64,000 nt of DNA from Anthoceros angustus (Eukaryota > Plantae > Anthocerotophyta), in the NCBI GenBank assembly GCA_010909165.1, contig MU008163.1, positions 1,674,001-1,738,000 on the forward strand, read 5' to 3'. Position numbers and translations under genes: made by a program. The notes under the pieces were generated by a model. That model had not been told where the DNA came from. It saw only the letters and a list, made by a program, of their open reading frames with translations, and did not search any database. Positions 10,750 to 23,711 of this stretch are shown piece by piece. Every line of letters starts with the position of its first letter. The first letter of the stretch is position 1.

Positions 10750-13700
10750 GTGGACATGGCGGTGCCATGCCCAACATTGGCGATTCTGGATTCTGGCAAT
10801 GTGATTACTTATCCACAACAGAGCTGGACTGATGGTTTGCAGCCAGGCTCTGGGCGGTCCTCAGTGCTTAATATGGTGACAATCAAGACACGCCCAGCCC
10901 ACTCAGAAGGCAACCGTAGCACTGAAGAACATCCTCAGGAAAAGTTACAGGAGTTATTCTGGGAAGATTTTCTCTTGAATTCCGGGCAGCGCTGGGACAG
11001 TAGGCTGGGGGAGAGGAGTCCCCATCATCCTGGCTTCAGGCACAAGACGTCCAAGGATGAGAGAACTCCACACAAGCGTGATTGGTTGCGACCTGGGCGG
11101 GATGCTTGGTCCCCGTTAACCTCGAGGGCAGGTGATCGAGGCTTGTGCAGGGAAGGAAAGTATGAGGGGAATTCTCTGGTTGGAGATCTGAACAGGCGTT
11201 GTGAGGATGGGGAGCTGGAGGAAGCTGTTGAGGCATTGGACCTCCTGGTGCAAAGAGGATTGTTTGTGAACGTCTCTCTTTTTTACCGTGTCCTTAAATT
11301 GTGCAAGTCACAGAAGGATTTGGTTCTTGCCAGGCGAGTTCATGTTCTTGCTTCCAAAAGTGGGTACGAGTCAAACGCATTCTTAGCCACCCATATTGTT
11401 GGCATGTATGCTTCTCATGGGAGATTGGAGGAGGCGTCGCAGGCGTTCACTAAAGTGCCTGCGCCGGACTCCCATCTGTGGGCTACCGTTATCTTGGCCC
11501 ATGCCCAACATGGAAAGCCCATGGAGGCTATTAACCTGTATCGACAGATGAGGGGTTCATCTGTAAAGCCAGATAACCATATTTTTGCAGCCGTTCTAAA
11601 AGCCTGTTCCGTTGCAGATGATTTGGTTTCCGGCACGGAGGTCCATGATGACATTTTGGCCAGTGATCGTATGGTGGATATCTATGTTAGCAACAGCCTG
11701 GTAAACATGTATGCGAAATGCGGGAGCTTGAAGGATGCCCGCAGAGTGTTTGATGCATTGCCCACAGCAGATGTGGTGACCTTGAACACCATGATAGCAG
11801 GATATGTGCACCAGGGGCTTGCTGGGGAAGCCTTAGCTCTGTATGAGAGGAGGCAACTGGATGCTCCAATGCTAACGAATCATGTTACTTTTGTGTGCCT
11901 CCTCAAAGCATGTGCCAGTCTAGGAGCCCTGCAACAGGGGAAGCAGTTTCATGCACAGATAGAGGAGAGGGGATTAGGAGCTGACGAGCTCATTGGCAAC
12001 TGCCTGGTGGACATGTATGCAAAATGCGGGAGCTTGGAAGATGCTCGCAGAGTGTTTGACAGATTGCCCTCCCGAACTGTGGTCACATGGAATTCCATGA
12101 TCGCGGGATGTACCCAGCATGGACTTGGTGAAGAAGCCCTTGCGCTGTATTCAACTATGCAACAGGAGGCGATCACTCTTGCCGATCGAGTCACATTTGT
12201 GTGCCTCTTGCAAGCATGTGCTGGCACTGGAGCTCTGCATCAGGCAAAGCAGCTTCATGCGGAGCTTAGGCAACGGGGACTTGAAGCTGATGTTGTCGTT
12301 GCAAACTGCATAGTGGACATGTACTCAAAATGTGGGAGCCTGGAGGATGCACGCGAGGTGTTTGACAGACTGCCTAGCAGAGATGTAGTAACGTGGACTA
12401 CCATGATTGCAGGATACGCCCAGCAGGAAAAGGGCCAAGAAGCACTCAGTCTGTATGCAAGTATGCAACAGGAAGACATCACTCCAGCCAATCAGGTTAC
12501 ATTTGTGTGCCTTCTCCAAGCATGTGCAAGCGTTGGTGCTTTGCTTCAGGGTAAGGAACTTCATGCAAGGATTCAGGAGAAGGGACTGGAAGCGGATGTG
12601 TCCACGATTCCTGCGCATTTTAGCATCAAAGGTTGTTACCTTCTCTGAGCCTGTCCCCTATCCTGATTTCTTAGGACGCTGCAGAAGAGTCGGAGAGTCC
12701 AAGAGCATGAAGGGCTTTACTCCAAGTAGTACGCGTAGCTTGTGGTGAGCGTCTTGATCTCTCTTGCCTGTTGTTTGCACAGTGTAGAGCCAATCTGAGC
12801 GCGAGTCACCGTGCCTCGGCCTGTTGTACATTTATTTTCTATATGTACAGACTTCACAAGTAATGTACAGTTCGTTACAAAGACGAAAGGGTACCGTCGA
12901 GGGTCCGATGCCCGATGGTCCTGATACACGCTCAACCAGTGATAACTTTGGAACCTGGTTGGCCTGGCGAAATACTTGATTACTACGACACGCGTCCATT
13001 GGCAGCTGCCTGGTGGACATGTATGCAAAATGCGGGAGCTTGCAGGATGCTCGGAGAGTCTTTGACAGATTACCCTCCAGGAATGTGGTGACATGGAGTG
13101 CCATGCTCAACGGCTACGCTGAACACAGCAAAGGTGAGATGGCACTGCAATGCTTTAAAGAGATGCTTGAGCAGGGTGTGCAGCCAGATGACACTACGTT
13201 CATCTGCCTTCTCGTAGCATGTAGCCATGCAGGCCTGGTGAATGAGGGCCAACAATGCTTTAGGGCGATGGTTAACGACCATGGCATTCTGCCCTCTGAC
13301 GACCACCGCCGATGCATGGTCGATCTTCTGGGCCGGGCAGGTCATCTGGACGAGGCAGAAGCTATTCTGCGGACTATGCCCAGGGACTTGGTGGGCTGGA
13401 CGTCTTTACTGACTGCTTGCAAATGCCACAGTGATGTTGAGCGTGGGAAGCTATGTTTCGAGCGACTAGTATCGCTGGAGCCCGAAAACGCCACCCCTTA
13501 CGTACTGCTGGGCAACATCTACGCAAATGCTGGGAGGTGGAAAGACGTGGACAAAATAGAGAGGCTGAGAAAGGCCGCAGGTGCCTGGAAAAAGCCTGCC
13601 AAAGCATGCATCGAGGTGAACAACATGGTGCACGAGTTCAAGGTGGGAGAAGAAAGGTCCGAGGTCTCAACAAAAGTCCGAAGCGTGAACTCAAGGTTGA

Positions 13701-13993
13701 AGGGGGAAGGAGGCCATGTGCCACAAACTCAGCTGGTCCTGAAAGCTTTGAGTGAGCAGGAGAAGGAGGATGCCTTGTGTGGACATGCCGAGAAACTAGC
13801 CTTGGCATACGGTCTAATAAACACCCCAGAAGGGACAACTTTACTGGTCACAAAAAACCTTCGCATGTGCACTGACTGCCACAGTAGCACCAAGATCATG
13901 TCCCGCCTTGAGAGGCGAGACATCATAGTCAGAGACGCACACGGGGTGCACCGCTTCATAGACGGCTCTTGCTCTTGTGGAGACACGCATTAA
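10750..13993 (+). CDS. PLS-class PPR protein with E1/E2 and DYW:KP deaminase-like domain; frame broken by a 394-bp insert at 12605-12998
   Basis: Repeated LVDMYAKCGSLEDARRVFD/VTWNSMIAG motifs; WKKPAKACIEV, HAEKLA, CTDCH, C-terminal CSCGDTH. Removing 12605-12998 joins the two ORFs in frame (ADVSIGSCLVDM). The start codon is uncertain. Confidence 0.9.
12596..13003 (+). repeat. Direct copy of 3680-4090 (sigma factor 3' flank) inside the PPR gene
   Basis: 408 vs 411 bp, near-identical; 5-bp GTCCA direct repeat at the junctions. Confidence 0.95.
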
Positions 13994-14156
13994 GCCTGTG
14001 CAACTATGTGGACATGAGAAAACAGCTCAAGGAAGTCGCTGATTTCTCTTCTCTGAGAACAAAACTTTGGCCCATCACGCTTGCAAGCCACTTCAAATCG
14101 TTCGGGTCCTTGTCAGCAGGGTTGAACTACTACGCTTCGCTTGGACTACTGTTTCT

Positions 14157-16092
14157 TCAAGAGAGATCGGCATATACTCTTTGGCATTTCTCCACGAGGA
14201 TTTTGACTGCTTCTGTGAAAAGGACTTCTGGTGGCAGCGCACCTGTAGACTCTACAGTGACTGTCAAGAAACCAGGATAAGAGTAAGATTAGTGGTGGTG
14301 AACATAATCCACTGTCATGATAAGACTAGGACTGCGGGCTTACAGATAAAATGATCTCTAACACGCCGAAGTTGGATCTTCTTTTCCCAACCATCATCCC
14401 TTACACACTCACGACACAAAGTGCAGTCTTTAGGCCTTGCAACCGTTGCACGTTGGGAACCTGCAGTTGCATTAGAACCCCGGTTGTTAGCACACAAGAG
14501 GAGCTCTAGCATCAACCGGCAATTTCAAAGCTTGAGGCATGGGCTAGTCTCTCACCGACACCAAAGTCTTCCAAGTCAAACACATTGACAGGACATTTTT
14601 GAACAAGTTGTTCAGCCATATCGCCGGTGACCTCTTCCTTCAATATCACCTATTGAGAAACGAGCAGCAAAAGCATGAGTGCAACGTGATGGAGTAGAGG
14701 CAACCTGCATCAGAACTAGTGGGTCAATAAAAGCAATAACAGATTCTGAACTCAAGCACGTCCATACTTCGGGAAGCATTTTATATCTAGCAGTAGCCAC
14801 TGGTGACCACTTGGCATGCGTCTTCCCTATTCCCTTCACTGCATGAGCTTCTAGCTCAATTTCCTGCTCACACCAGCAAGCAGCGATTGTGAGCAACAGT
14901 CAGACCTGAACCAACTAAAATCAGATACCAGTTCACGAATGTGCATTCTAACCTGGTAGGAAGGACAGAAGCAGATCAGGCAGGGGTAGCCATGGACGGA
15001 GTACCTGAAGATGCCCCAGTTTTGCAACGATGATGTCCTTATACCGAGGAGCAATGCCATCGTGCATGAATGCTGGAAGAGAATCTTGGCTGCAACCAAA
15101 AGATGTGTACTTGGTGCTTGTGTCAAAAGGCATCTCACTTCCTCGAGGTAGCCACTTGAGCTGATCTGACTTCACTGCCACAAAGACAACAAAATCAGCA
15201 AAGCAAATCGCTCCCCAGCTCATAACCAGCAAGCCAAGAAGAGTAAGACAGAAAGGGCAGAAACAGTCCACACACCAGATGCATTTTTCACCCTCTCTCC
15301 CTGCCGCGAGCACTTAACATCCAGCTTGAAGACAATAGTGTTCTTCTCGGAAGCAACCTCTTCATCTGAAGAACGAATTCGACACTGAAACCAATCAGCA
15401 CCAGCTCCACGTTCATAGGCATTCCTACCCTACACACAGGACAATTCAGTGACTGTCACCATCGGGTACAGTCCAACGTCCCACCTTCCTTAAAATCAAA
15501 CAGCCGAGGGTCGGCCTTGATGGGAATCAAACCCAGCCGATGGGCCAGAACTTCATCTTGAATGACGGAAGTATTATTCGCAACGAACACCTTCTCTATG
15601 GCCATTGTGGGCACCTGCAGGACAAATGCTACCGAGTCACAGACTGCCACCATTTCCAAAAAGGCCCCAACTACTAAAACATCCCTGCAAGCCTGTCCAA
15701 CAGCCAGACCTCCGCAATGAGTATCCTCCGAAAAGCGTTGGCCAAGGAGGCATCGATACCAGCGATTTCAAACTCGATGTCATCCTCCGTCAACCGAGTA
15801 ACCTGCACCCTGAGGTTTTTCCGGAACTCGTCAAAGGTCAAGCTGTTGTCCACCCCGGAGGCCATATAGGCTCCGGAGTAATGCACCGGGTCCGTCTGCA
15901 AATTCAGCTTAAGCAATTCAGGCACAAGCAGAGCAGAGGTGAATGAACTCGAAGTCGAGGACAGAGCAGCAGCAGTGATTCAAGTACATAAATTGGCGCG
16001 TCCGGGTTGCACACCACCCGCGTCCGCTGGAGCTCCAGGTGCTCCGGGAGCCGCCCCTTGGGCACATCGTCCAGGTCCCCATGCCGGGCCAT
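14157..16092 (-). CDS. RPAC1: RNA polymerase I/III shared subunit AC40 (RPAC1/RPC40), multi-exon
   Basis: [93 protein letters not shown]; ATG 16092, TGA 14157. Confidence 0.92.
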
Positions 16093-17534
16093 GGCCGCAG
16101 CCAGTGTAAAAATCACTCAGACTTGTGGCTTAAACCCTGGTTTTAGGGCCGGGAGCGGGGTTAGGAAAATCTTCAGAGCCAGGATAACACCCTGAACAAT
16201 GGCATACCAAGATGGGAATTACCGCGAGAAGAGGATGACAGATGGGCTCCAAAAATCCTGTCTGAATTGTGTCCAAATTGCTAGCCGGTGAAGTGCAGAC
16301 TGTGATATCAGTGTGGCATCTAACAAGTGCTTGTCCAGCAATTTGACCCAAATAGTTGATGGATACCACCCGTCACTCCTCGTTCACTAAATCCTAAATC
16401 ATATGGCCCATCTCGTTATGTACCTAGGTGTCTGATGCCAAACCACATATCCATCTCGGTGTGTGCTTTCACTTGGTTACGACCAGTTCGTTCGTTATCT
16501 AAAATCACTCTTCATCCACCCGGATGTGAATCCATCACTCTTCACATCTCTATGCTATGTATGAGATTCATCAGCACACGTTAGGTCTACTCTATAGATA
16601 AGCTTTGATTGAAATAGATACACTCCTCACCCTTTACAGAGTTCCTTCTTTCCTTTTTATCCCATCCTTGTATGCTATTCTTAGTGCATTCTAATATAAT
16701 TTCTTTCTTTCTTTTCTTTTATAAACGTACTAAAGAAATATTTGCTTTACGATTGGTATGTGTTAAGGAAAGGTAAAGTGCCTTCGTTCGTATAAGAGAG
16801 AAAAGAAGACTTTATTATAAAAAAAGAGATTGAGAAAAACCCATCCACCCCAAAAAACAAAGGGGGGAAAACCCTACGAAGGGCGCCATGCCAGGGGGAC
16901 TAGCCCCCACGATCACGCATTTCAGAACTACCAACCGCCCGAAGAACTTCGTGGTCAGGGATGTGAAAAGGCCTACTTACCACCGGTGTCGAAGAAGCTA
17001 CATCTCACGTCATTGCGTTCAGACATCACACAACGCCTGCAAAGTGATGGAAACCCTCTGCCGGAAGAAAGCAACAATACAAGAAAGGGGAAGGCCAACC
17101 CATTCTTGCGGCTATGATAAGCCTTAGCGCTGGCCTTGATGAACCTAGAGAAATCCTTGCCCATGGCTCCGTTAGTCTCGATGGCAAGGGGGACAAAGGC
17201 GTGGCCGTCCTACATAGGAGAGTACTTGTGGACCTAAGCCGCCGCGCATCCCTCCGCCGCCCAACCTGGAGGGTTAAGAATAACATGTTCGCAGACACTG
17301 TCCCGAGTGGGATCGGTTACAACCATATCAGCAATCGAAACCTGATCCCCCCAAGTCAAAAATAGGTCAGCCCTAAGCAAAACCTCGTTGAGCAGGGTAT
17401 AAGGGCGCTCCCTTCCCTAGCAATAGAGAACATGACATCCTTGACAGCATCATACATAGCGATACGCTGCCCACCTGCAGGACAGCGATCCAAGTGTGTC
17501 CCAAAGTCATCGAGAGGGGCCCCGCAGTTGCAAG

Positions 17535-17611
17535 TTGAAAGAGAAAATAGAGAGCCGGACATATCCCTGCCCAAGGACGCGACTGCGGCCACGTCGTCCA
17601 CTCTGAATATT
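17535..17611 (+). repeat. 77-bp direct copy of 7038-7114
   Basis: Identical string TTGAAAGAGAAAATAG...CTCTGAATATT at both sites. Confidence 0.95.
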
Positions 17612-18538
17612 AGATCGAGCGGCTGTGAACCCGCCTTCCCGAGCAAGAGCGAGACGACCCGAGGGGGCCTAGGAATGGAGGAATCCCGGAGGAGGGCCAA
17701 TCGCCCCGCCCATACTGCTTCCCGTGAGGGACGCTGCCCCGAGCCCCTCGGAAGCGAGGAAAAAGACGGCATGGCAACCCTCACCTCGGAGGATAAAGAG
17801 TCTCTGGCTAATCTTAGCGAGGCTTGCATGGGAAAAGTCCCCTCCTCAACGCCCGCGACAAAAGCCTCAAGGATATGTGAATGCCGAATTGAGAAACAGG
17901 AGGACAAGATGGGGGCAAAGAGAGCCCAGCTCCCTAAGAAAGCCGCTAGCACGAAGGCCTCCGTGGCTAGCAAACCATTGCCCCCAAAAGCGACGGGAAG
18001 AAATGCCCGCCACTTCGTAAAATCCCCGGCCGCACACTCAAAGGTGCCTGGGCTGATGATGTCGCCTAAACCTGCATAAGCCGCTTGTCGAAATTCTATA
18101 GCTATCAATCGAAACATGCAAACACAGCTGCAAAATAAGTCAGCAGAAAAATCAGATCCAGGATGTATCCCTGCTCATTCTCAACTACAGACCTGAACAA
18201 ATGCTGCTGTCCAAAAGCGCCTCAACCCTTTTGCTGCAAAAGGAGGGGTGTTGGCTGCAACCAGCCTACATTCCTCAATTGATCAAGCAAACCCTCAAAG
18301 GCAATCAGTCCCTGGAAACGACTCCAAATTGATCACAAAGCATACCAATAGACTTGGGTCACCGAGGCAAACATTTTGATATGAAAATCATAGGCAACCA
18401 ACCTGTATCGCGGGTGCTATGTGCTCTAGAAGGCTGGAGTTGCCCCAATAATTGCTGGATCAGATGTGTTGTAGCTGCAATGTTGCTCTTGTTGGCGAGA
18501 TTAGGGCGTGTTAGTGATCTTTGTCAGCTGTGGGTGCC

Positions 18539-18776
18539 TCCACCAAGCCAAGTTACCTCGAGCTCATAACAAAATCCTTCCAAAGAGCGATAAGGTCCGT
18601 AGACAATCAACTCGAAGTCTAGACCCTACAGCACCACACTTGAAGGTTTGAGTAAGAAGTGCCAACGGTTGCATCGATTTGAATTATACAGCTGCTGACA
18701 AGGTACTGACCAGAAGAACCACCATTTCGTTCTTCAGCACAACCTGCGGATCTTGCTTGATGCCCTTACCAAGCTC
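18539..18776 (+). repeat. 238-bp direct copy of cyclin H exon/intron segment 8760-8997
   Basis: Same length and apparently identical; includes intron sequence. Confidence 0.95.
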
Positions 18777-19418
18777 ACGCCTCGGATCTCGCATGCGCGA
18801 TTGAAAGGAGTTGTCGAAGTGATGATTTGAGCTACATTGCGGATTGCATGCTGCTCAAAAACGTGAGGGGCTAGGCAGTTTGCCTGGCTAGGAGTTAGAA
18901 ATCACGCATTTCATCAATTCCTACACCCTCAAACACCCAAATCACAAGATTCCATTCAGATTTGACAATGTTCTCAAAGGGGTTGCAGGAGGATTCTCCT
19001 AGATACTGTGCCGCCAGGGCGCGACTTCAACAACTGCCGTTCTCTGCCCTAGCCTTGCCCTTAGCCTCACAGGCGCCATCTCCTTGTTCTTGCTGAGATC
19101 ACAAATTCTGTTGAGCACCACCTCATGAGCATTGGCGTCACCCACACTCCTGGCGTGGTAGCACGGTCCCGGCAGTTGTGGATTCATAAATCCTCATTCT
19201 GACCTAGCAGTCCTTGTAAGAACTGATCCAGCTAATTAAGTAAATCAGCCTATGAAACAACTAACATAAGTTGTTCTGAAACTAAGCATGTAAAAGACAC
19301 TAGAAAATGAACTAACAAAACCTTAGCCAGCTAGTGGCTGAGAGACTAAGTGCCAGCAGCCAAGACTTAGGCTGCCACAAAGGCAGTCCCGGGACGCCGA
19401 GCCTGAGTGAGTCCTAGA

Positions 19419-19490
19419 GCGCCGGGATTGGGAGAGTCCCATAGCGCCGGGACTGGGAGAGTCCCATAGCGCCGGGATTGGAAGAGTCCC
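19419..19490. repeat. 25-bp minisatellite GCGCCGGGA(T/C)TGGGAGAGTCCCATA x3
   Basis: Directly visible, at the junction where CRE RT homology stops. Confidence 0.85.
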
Positions 19491-21399
19491 GGGACGTTAG
19501 GACTGTGAGAGTCCCCTTCACTCCAGAGTCTTCTCCTTCCCATAGTTGACGCTTTCACGACAAAAGCCCTGAAATACACCATGACGAAGAGAGCACGTGC
19601 CCTAGTGCCCGTCGCCGAGCTCAGCACAGAAACCCCTTCCACCGAGGGGCCATACTGATAATAGAGGTTGGAAGGAGACCTATAAAGGGAGCGGACAAAG
19701 GGAATAAGGCTAGCCAACTGCCCACCTGCGTTCTTGAGCTCGTCGAAGATGGCCAATCGTGAGACAATGTTGAAGACATTCTTGATATCGACCTGAAGAG
19801 CAAGCCAATCAGGGTGGGTCTTGAGAATCGCCTTCACTCCAAAAGCCACATACTCGCAGCCTCAAGGCATAGCAATCCCAAACTGATGAGGACTAAGATG
19901 GGCCTGGAAGTGCTCTCGGAGCTGGATGACAATACTACGGCCAATAAGCCGTAGGAGCACCTCCCCGACAGCGATAGGGCGTACCCCTTGGGTGGGCTTT
20001 TCCATCGCCAGCAACCTACTCGTACCCAATACTTGAGAAATCCGAGGAGGAGTCTTCCCCCTCGCCACAGCGGCAGCTAGAAGAAACAGCTCGGAAAAGC
20101 CATGAGAAGGATCCTCAGGAGTAAAATGGTCCCGAAGGTGGTCATAGACCATTCCAGACAAGCCACTCAAAGAGAGGTGCGCATAGATATATATAAGCTT
20201 GGGTAAAGTTAGTTATCTTGCAAAGTTTCTCTTAATCGACTCGAGTTCACTAGTTGAGATTAGATATCGGCTGCTTCTACATTTGAGATCATGACATGGG
20301 GAGGACACCTTCATGTTTCGTTCTTTGCGAGGATGCTTAAATTTAAGACCAATTTAAAGTTCACTTTGGTAGTTAAACTTTAGCATCTCCGAAAACAAAG
20401 CAACATGAAGTGTTCTCGCCATGTCAATGATAGCGGTTAATCCATGCAACAGATTCAAAATCAATATCAATAAGGCGAATTCATTGACAAAGGAAAGCCT
20501 ATTAAGGCCTGCAAATTTAGTTATAATTGCTTCCCAACCCTCATCGTGTTGGTACAACTTCAAGAAGTGTATGCATTTCATCCATAATTAGTATCACGGT
20601 AGCTTGAGGGCTAGGAGTAAAGGAGCTAAGGCCCGCAAGGCTAGTGTCACACAAGGTAAGCACTTGCATTCATATGAACACTTCCTCGACAAGCAACCAA
20701 GCAAACAAATCTAATATGCAAATATAGGCACAAACCAATTTAAAGATAAGTAATTAGATTAATTAATGCTAATCAAACACTAAACCCAAGTGCTGAGATT
20801 AGTGTCACAAGGCGTGACATTAGCCTACTAACCTTGAAAGGATCTAAGGCTAGGCAAGCAATCTAGGCATAGCAGCTAGCCTATTAACCTTGAAGGGATC
20901 TAAGTCTAGGCAAAGAATTAAGGCACAGTAGCTTGTAGGGCATAGAGCCACATAGACCTTAGGCATTTAGAGTTAGGCACAGTTCGATAACATATGATAG
21001 ATTTATCAAAATTAAGTATGAGGTACGTAAAATACTGGTACATTCACCCATCGAAGCTTCCACTTCCTCAAGAACCTATGCTTCATGGAGAAATTCCCAT
21101 TTGTTGTTGTTGCCATCGCTGTTACTGTCATTGTCATTGCTACTGCTCTTAGCCAGCACAACATCCTCATGTGCTACGAACCATAGGTCCTCCACAAGTC
21201 ATCTAAAAATATATATACGCTTCGAAATGGCGGTACATTGGTATAATGACATAAATTAGAGAACCAAACTATAAATATAGTGCATGGATCTATGAAAGTG
21301 CATAATTTATCTTGGCCAACCTCATATATCATGTAATTGAATAAAAAATCATTACAAGTGTAGTTACAGCAACTTACTGTGTCACTGTGGCATGTAGTC

Positions 21400-21937
21400 A
21401 AGAGGCTCTTTGTTGTGTATAGACAAATATTTGTTATAAGCCGTGTTATAATACATGTTGTACATTTGCATTACACTAATTGCAATTAACGTTGTAGTTT
21501 GTGTTGCTCGAGCTATTGTAAAGGCTATTGTAAACAAGCATTGTAAATCACTGAGCCCTATTGTAAAACTCATGTTGCGAAGGCGTTGTAAATCACTAGG
21601 ACATCTTTTGGTGTTGTAAATCACATTGTACTAGATGTTGTACAATGCGATGCAAATCATTGAGAAAAAACTACAGAGAAAACTTGAAGGTTGTACAGGT
21701 CATAATAAATTGCCTACCTAGTAGGTCTACTTGCTGGGTAATGAATTGATGTATGATGTGGCAGCTAGTTAGCCGGGTGGTGGATTAAGTGCCATGTCGT
21801 CGACTAATCAACACCACATCAGCATTTTATAATGCCATTAAATGGTCAAAGTGCAAGGCTTTTATAACACACGATTATAAAATTATTGTAAAATATGTTG
21901 TAAAAGGTGTTATAAAAGGAGTCTTTCTCTTGTAGTG
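21400..21937. mobile_element. CACTA (En/Spm) element end remnant
   Basis: Ends ...CTTTCTCTTGTAGTG (reverse complement CACTACAAGAGAAAG), preceded by many TTGTAA subterminal repeats. The partner end was not found. Confidence 0.65.
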
Positions 21938-22624
21938 CTTCTTCACTACTGATCCCATTCTTTGTCGCCATGTTATTTGAGATCCGGTGGGCTCCTTACT
22001 GTTTCAACTCGGCGGAAGATTACAAAGAAGATGAATGTCGCGATCAAGACTGAGTTGGAGGGTACAAGGAGCTAAAGTTTGTTGTCAAGACTCTAAAGAC
22101 ATTCGATAGAGCTCTACTCATGTGTGGCACACCCATGAGCAGAGCATGTGTATGTGTCATGCCACACATGCCTCTTAAGCCGCACATGCCTCCAGCCACA
22201 CATGCTATCTGGTGTCGTATGATGAAATAGAGCTAACAAGCATGGTGACAAGGAAATTGTTGCCTCACTTGATGTGCCCTCAATCTATCACAACGCTGGC
22301 GTCGTGCTCGGTTGAGTCATCCACAGGGAGGGCATCCACACCTTCACGGTCTACCTAAGTGCCTCCATGTCCATCAGCGGCATAGCCAGCTGTAGAGGAA
22401 GGCATGGCGCAGGGGGCCAATCATTGATCTCACACCTTGTTCCATTAGCGCTGGCATGCCTTGGCCCGTTCCATTCGTTGCAAGTACTATGATGCCAAGC
22501 TGACAAATTGTGAGTCTTGTCATAGCCAGACGTCGTTGTGATTAGATCATGCTTTCTTTGTCAAAAAGTTCAAGCATCAATAGTTTGGGTACATCACTAA
22601 CCATGTTGAAGCAAACTTGAAGGT

Positions 22625-22935
22625 CATCTTCGTGTTGGGTCTCACCGTCTTAGGATTGAGACGGATAGATGGCTACGTCCTATGCCACCAAAGGAGTCCA
22701 GAATCTACAGGTTATGCAACAAGGGGGTGGAGACTGAAGAACACTTTGTGTTTCTCTTTCACATCTATGAAGATATTCGGGGGAATTTTATTCCTCTATT
22801 TACAACAACACGATCTTCACTTGGTCGTTTTTTCTCTTTTCTTGATCCTATTTCTGTAGATGTCTGCCTAAAGCAAATGTGGGAGAAGCGGACTCAACAT
22901 TTTCAAGAGTTCAACATACCTGACATTATATAATG
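22625..22935 (+). mobile_element. 3' fragment of a LINE ORF2 (RTEX/L2-like zinc-finger tail)
   Basis: FRVGSHRLRIETDRW...SRIYRLCNKGVETEEHFVFLFHIYEDIR matches the SHxLxIExGRW..CxxC..EDExHF..C..Y pattern with the Cys residues decayed. Confidence 0.65.
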
Positions 22936-23711
22936 ATTCATGTCACTAGTTCTTAGGCCAAAATAGCGGTCAATTTACAGATGGACCATAGTACTAGCAT
23001 CACATGCTTTCAGGGCATACATAGTGAAATAATCTTTATTAATTATGAATAACTCTCAAAATCCAGGGAGTATTATGCAATAGCGTCTGCGAAACACTCC
23101 TTGCCATAGTGTACCACAGGTGACGTGGTCCAAATGGCTTAGGCCAAATGGACACACATTTATGAATGTGGTTATTAAGCATCCTGCACTTGGATCGGTA
23201 CTTGAATGGGGTGCCTAAAGGGAATGGATGCACCAATGGGGTGCCTAAAGGGAATGGATGCCCTTGGAGCAAGTAGCGTAGGCATACCATGGTACAAGTA
23301 CCAAGTCCCACGGCGGAAATCAGTCCTTAGTGGACTTAAATAAAATTCTTCTTCTATACCTTGAACGGGCATTTTTCTTGTAAAACCGTACTATGAAATA
23401 CAAGCCTGATGGCTAAGAAAACGTGAACGTGGTGTCATACCTCTTGTCCGAATTGAAACTTGATAATCCACGATGCTCGATACCCCGGGAGCGTTATGAA
23501 AAGCCTATTTCCTTCGCCTAGTCTGCCGGGTTGTACAATGTACACTGGTGCACCGCTGGCTGGTAGGTTCAGCTAGGCTCACCTTCTGAGATTGCAAAAG
23601 GACGGTGGTTTTTCGGCCCGTGCAGACTTGATGCTGGGGCCAATCTCTGACAAGGAGAAGGAAGGTGCCCCTTGGTCTATAATGTACAATACCCATGTTT
23701 TTGCTGCAAAA

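Larger units (their letters stand above)
16805..20170 (-). mobile_element. Degenerate, interrupted CRE-clade non-LTR retrotransposon (RT + zinc knuckle + restriction-like endonuclease)
   Basis: RT motifs GVRPIAVGE, HQFG, LQVDIKNVFN (19600-20170); LPVAFGGNG and CNCGAPLDDFGTHLDRC (17400-18050); RLE-like ADMVVTDP...KY...FVPLAIETNG (17150-17330). Stops and frameshifts; unrelated DNA at about 18080-19550. Confidence 0.8.

Noticed and set aside
12605-12998. The PPR insert as a transposon, retrocopy or exact intron
   Set aside because: No TIRs, LTR ends or poly(A). GTCCA is present at both donor ends, so it is microhomology rather than a TSD. There is no AG at the exact 3' boundary.
20600-21000. 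LTR-like tract with duplicated TAGCCTA.TAACCTTGAA.GGATCTAAG.CTAGGCAA
   Set aside because: Probably TE-derived, but its boundaries and family cannot be defined.
23205-23265. 30-bp tandem pair within short ORFs
   Set aside because: Simple slippage duplication; the surrounding ORFs have no recognisable homology.
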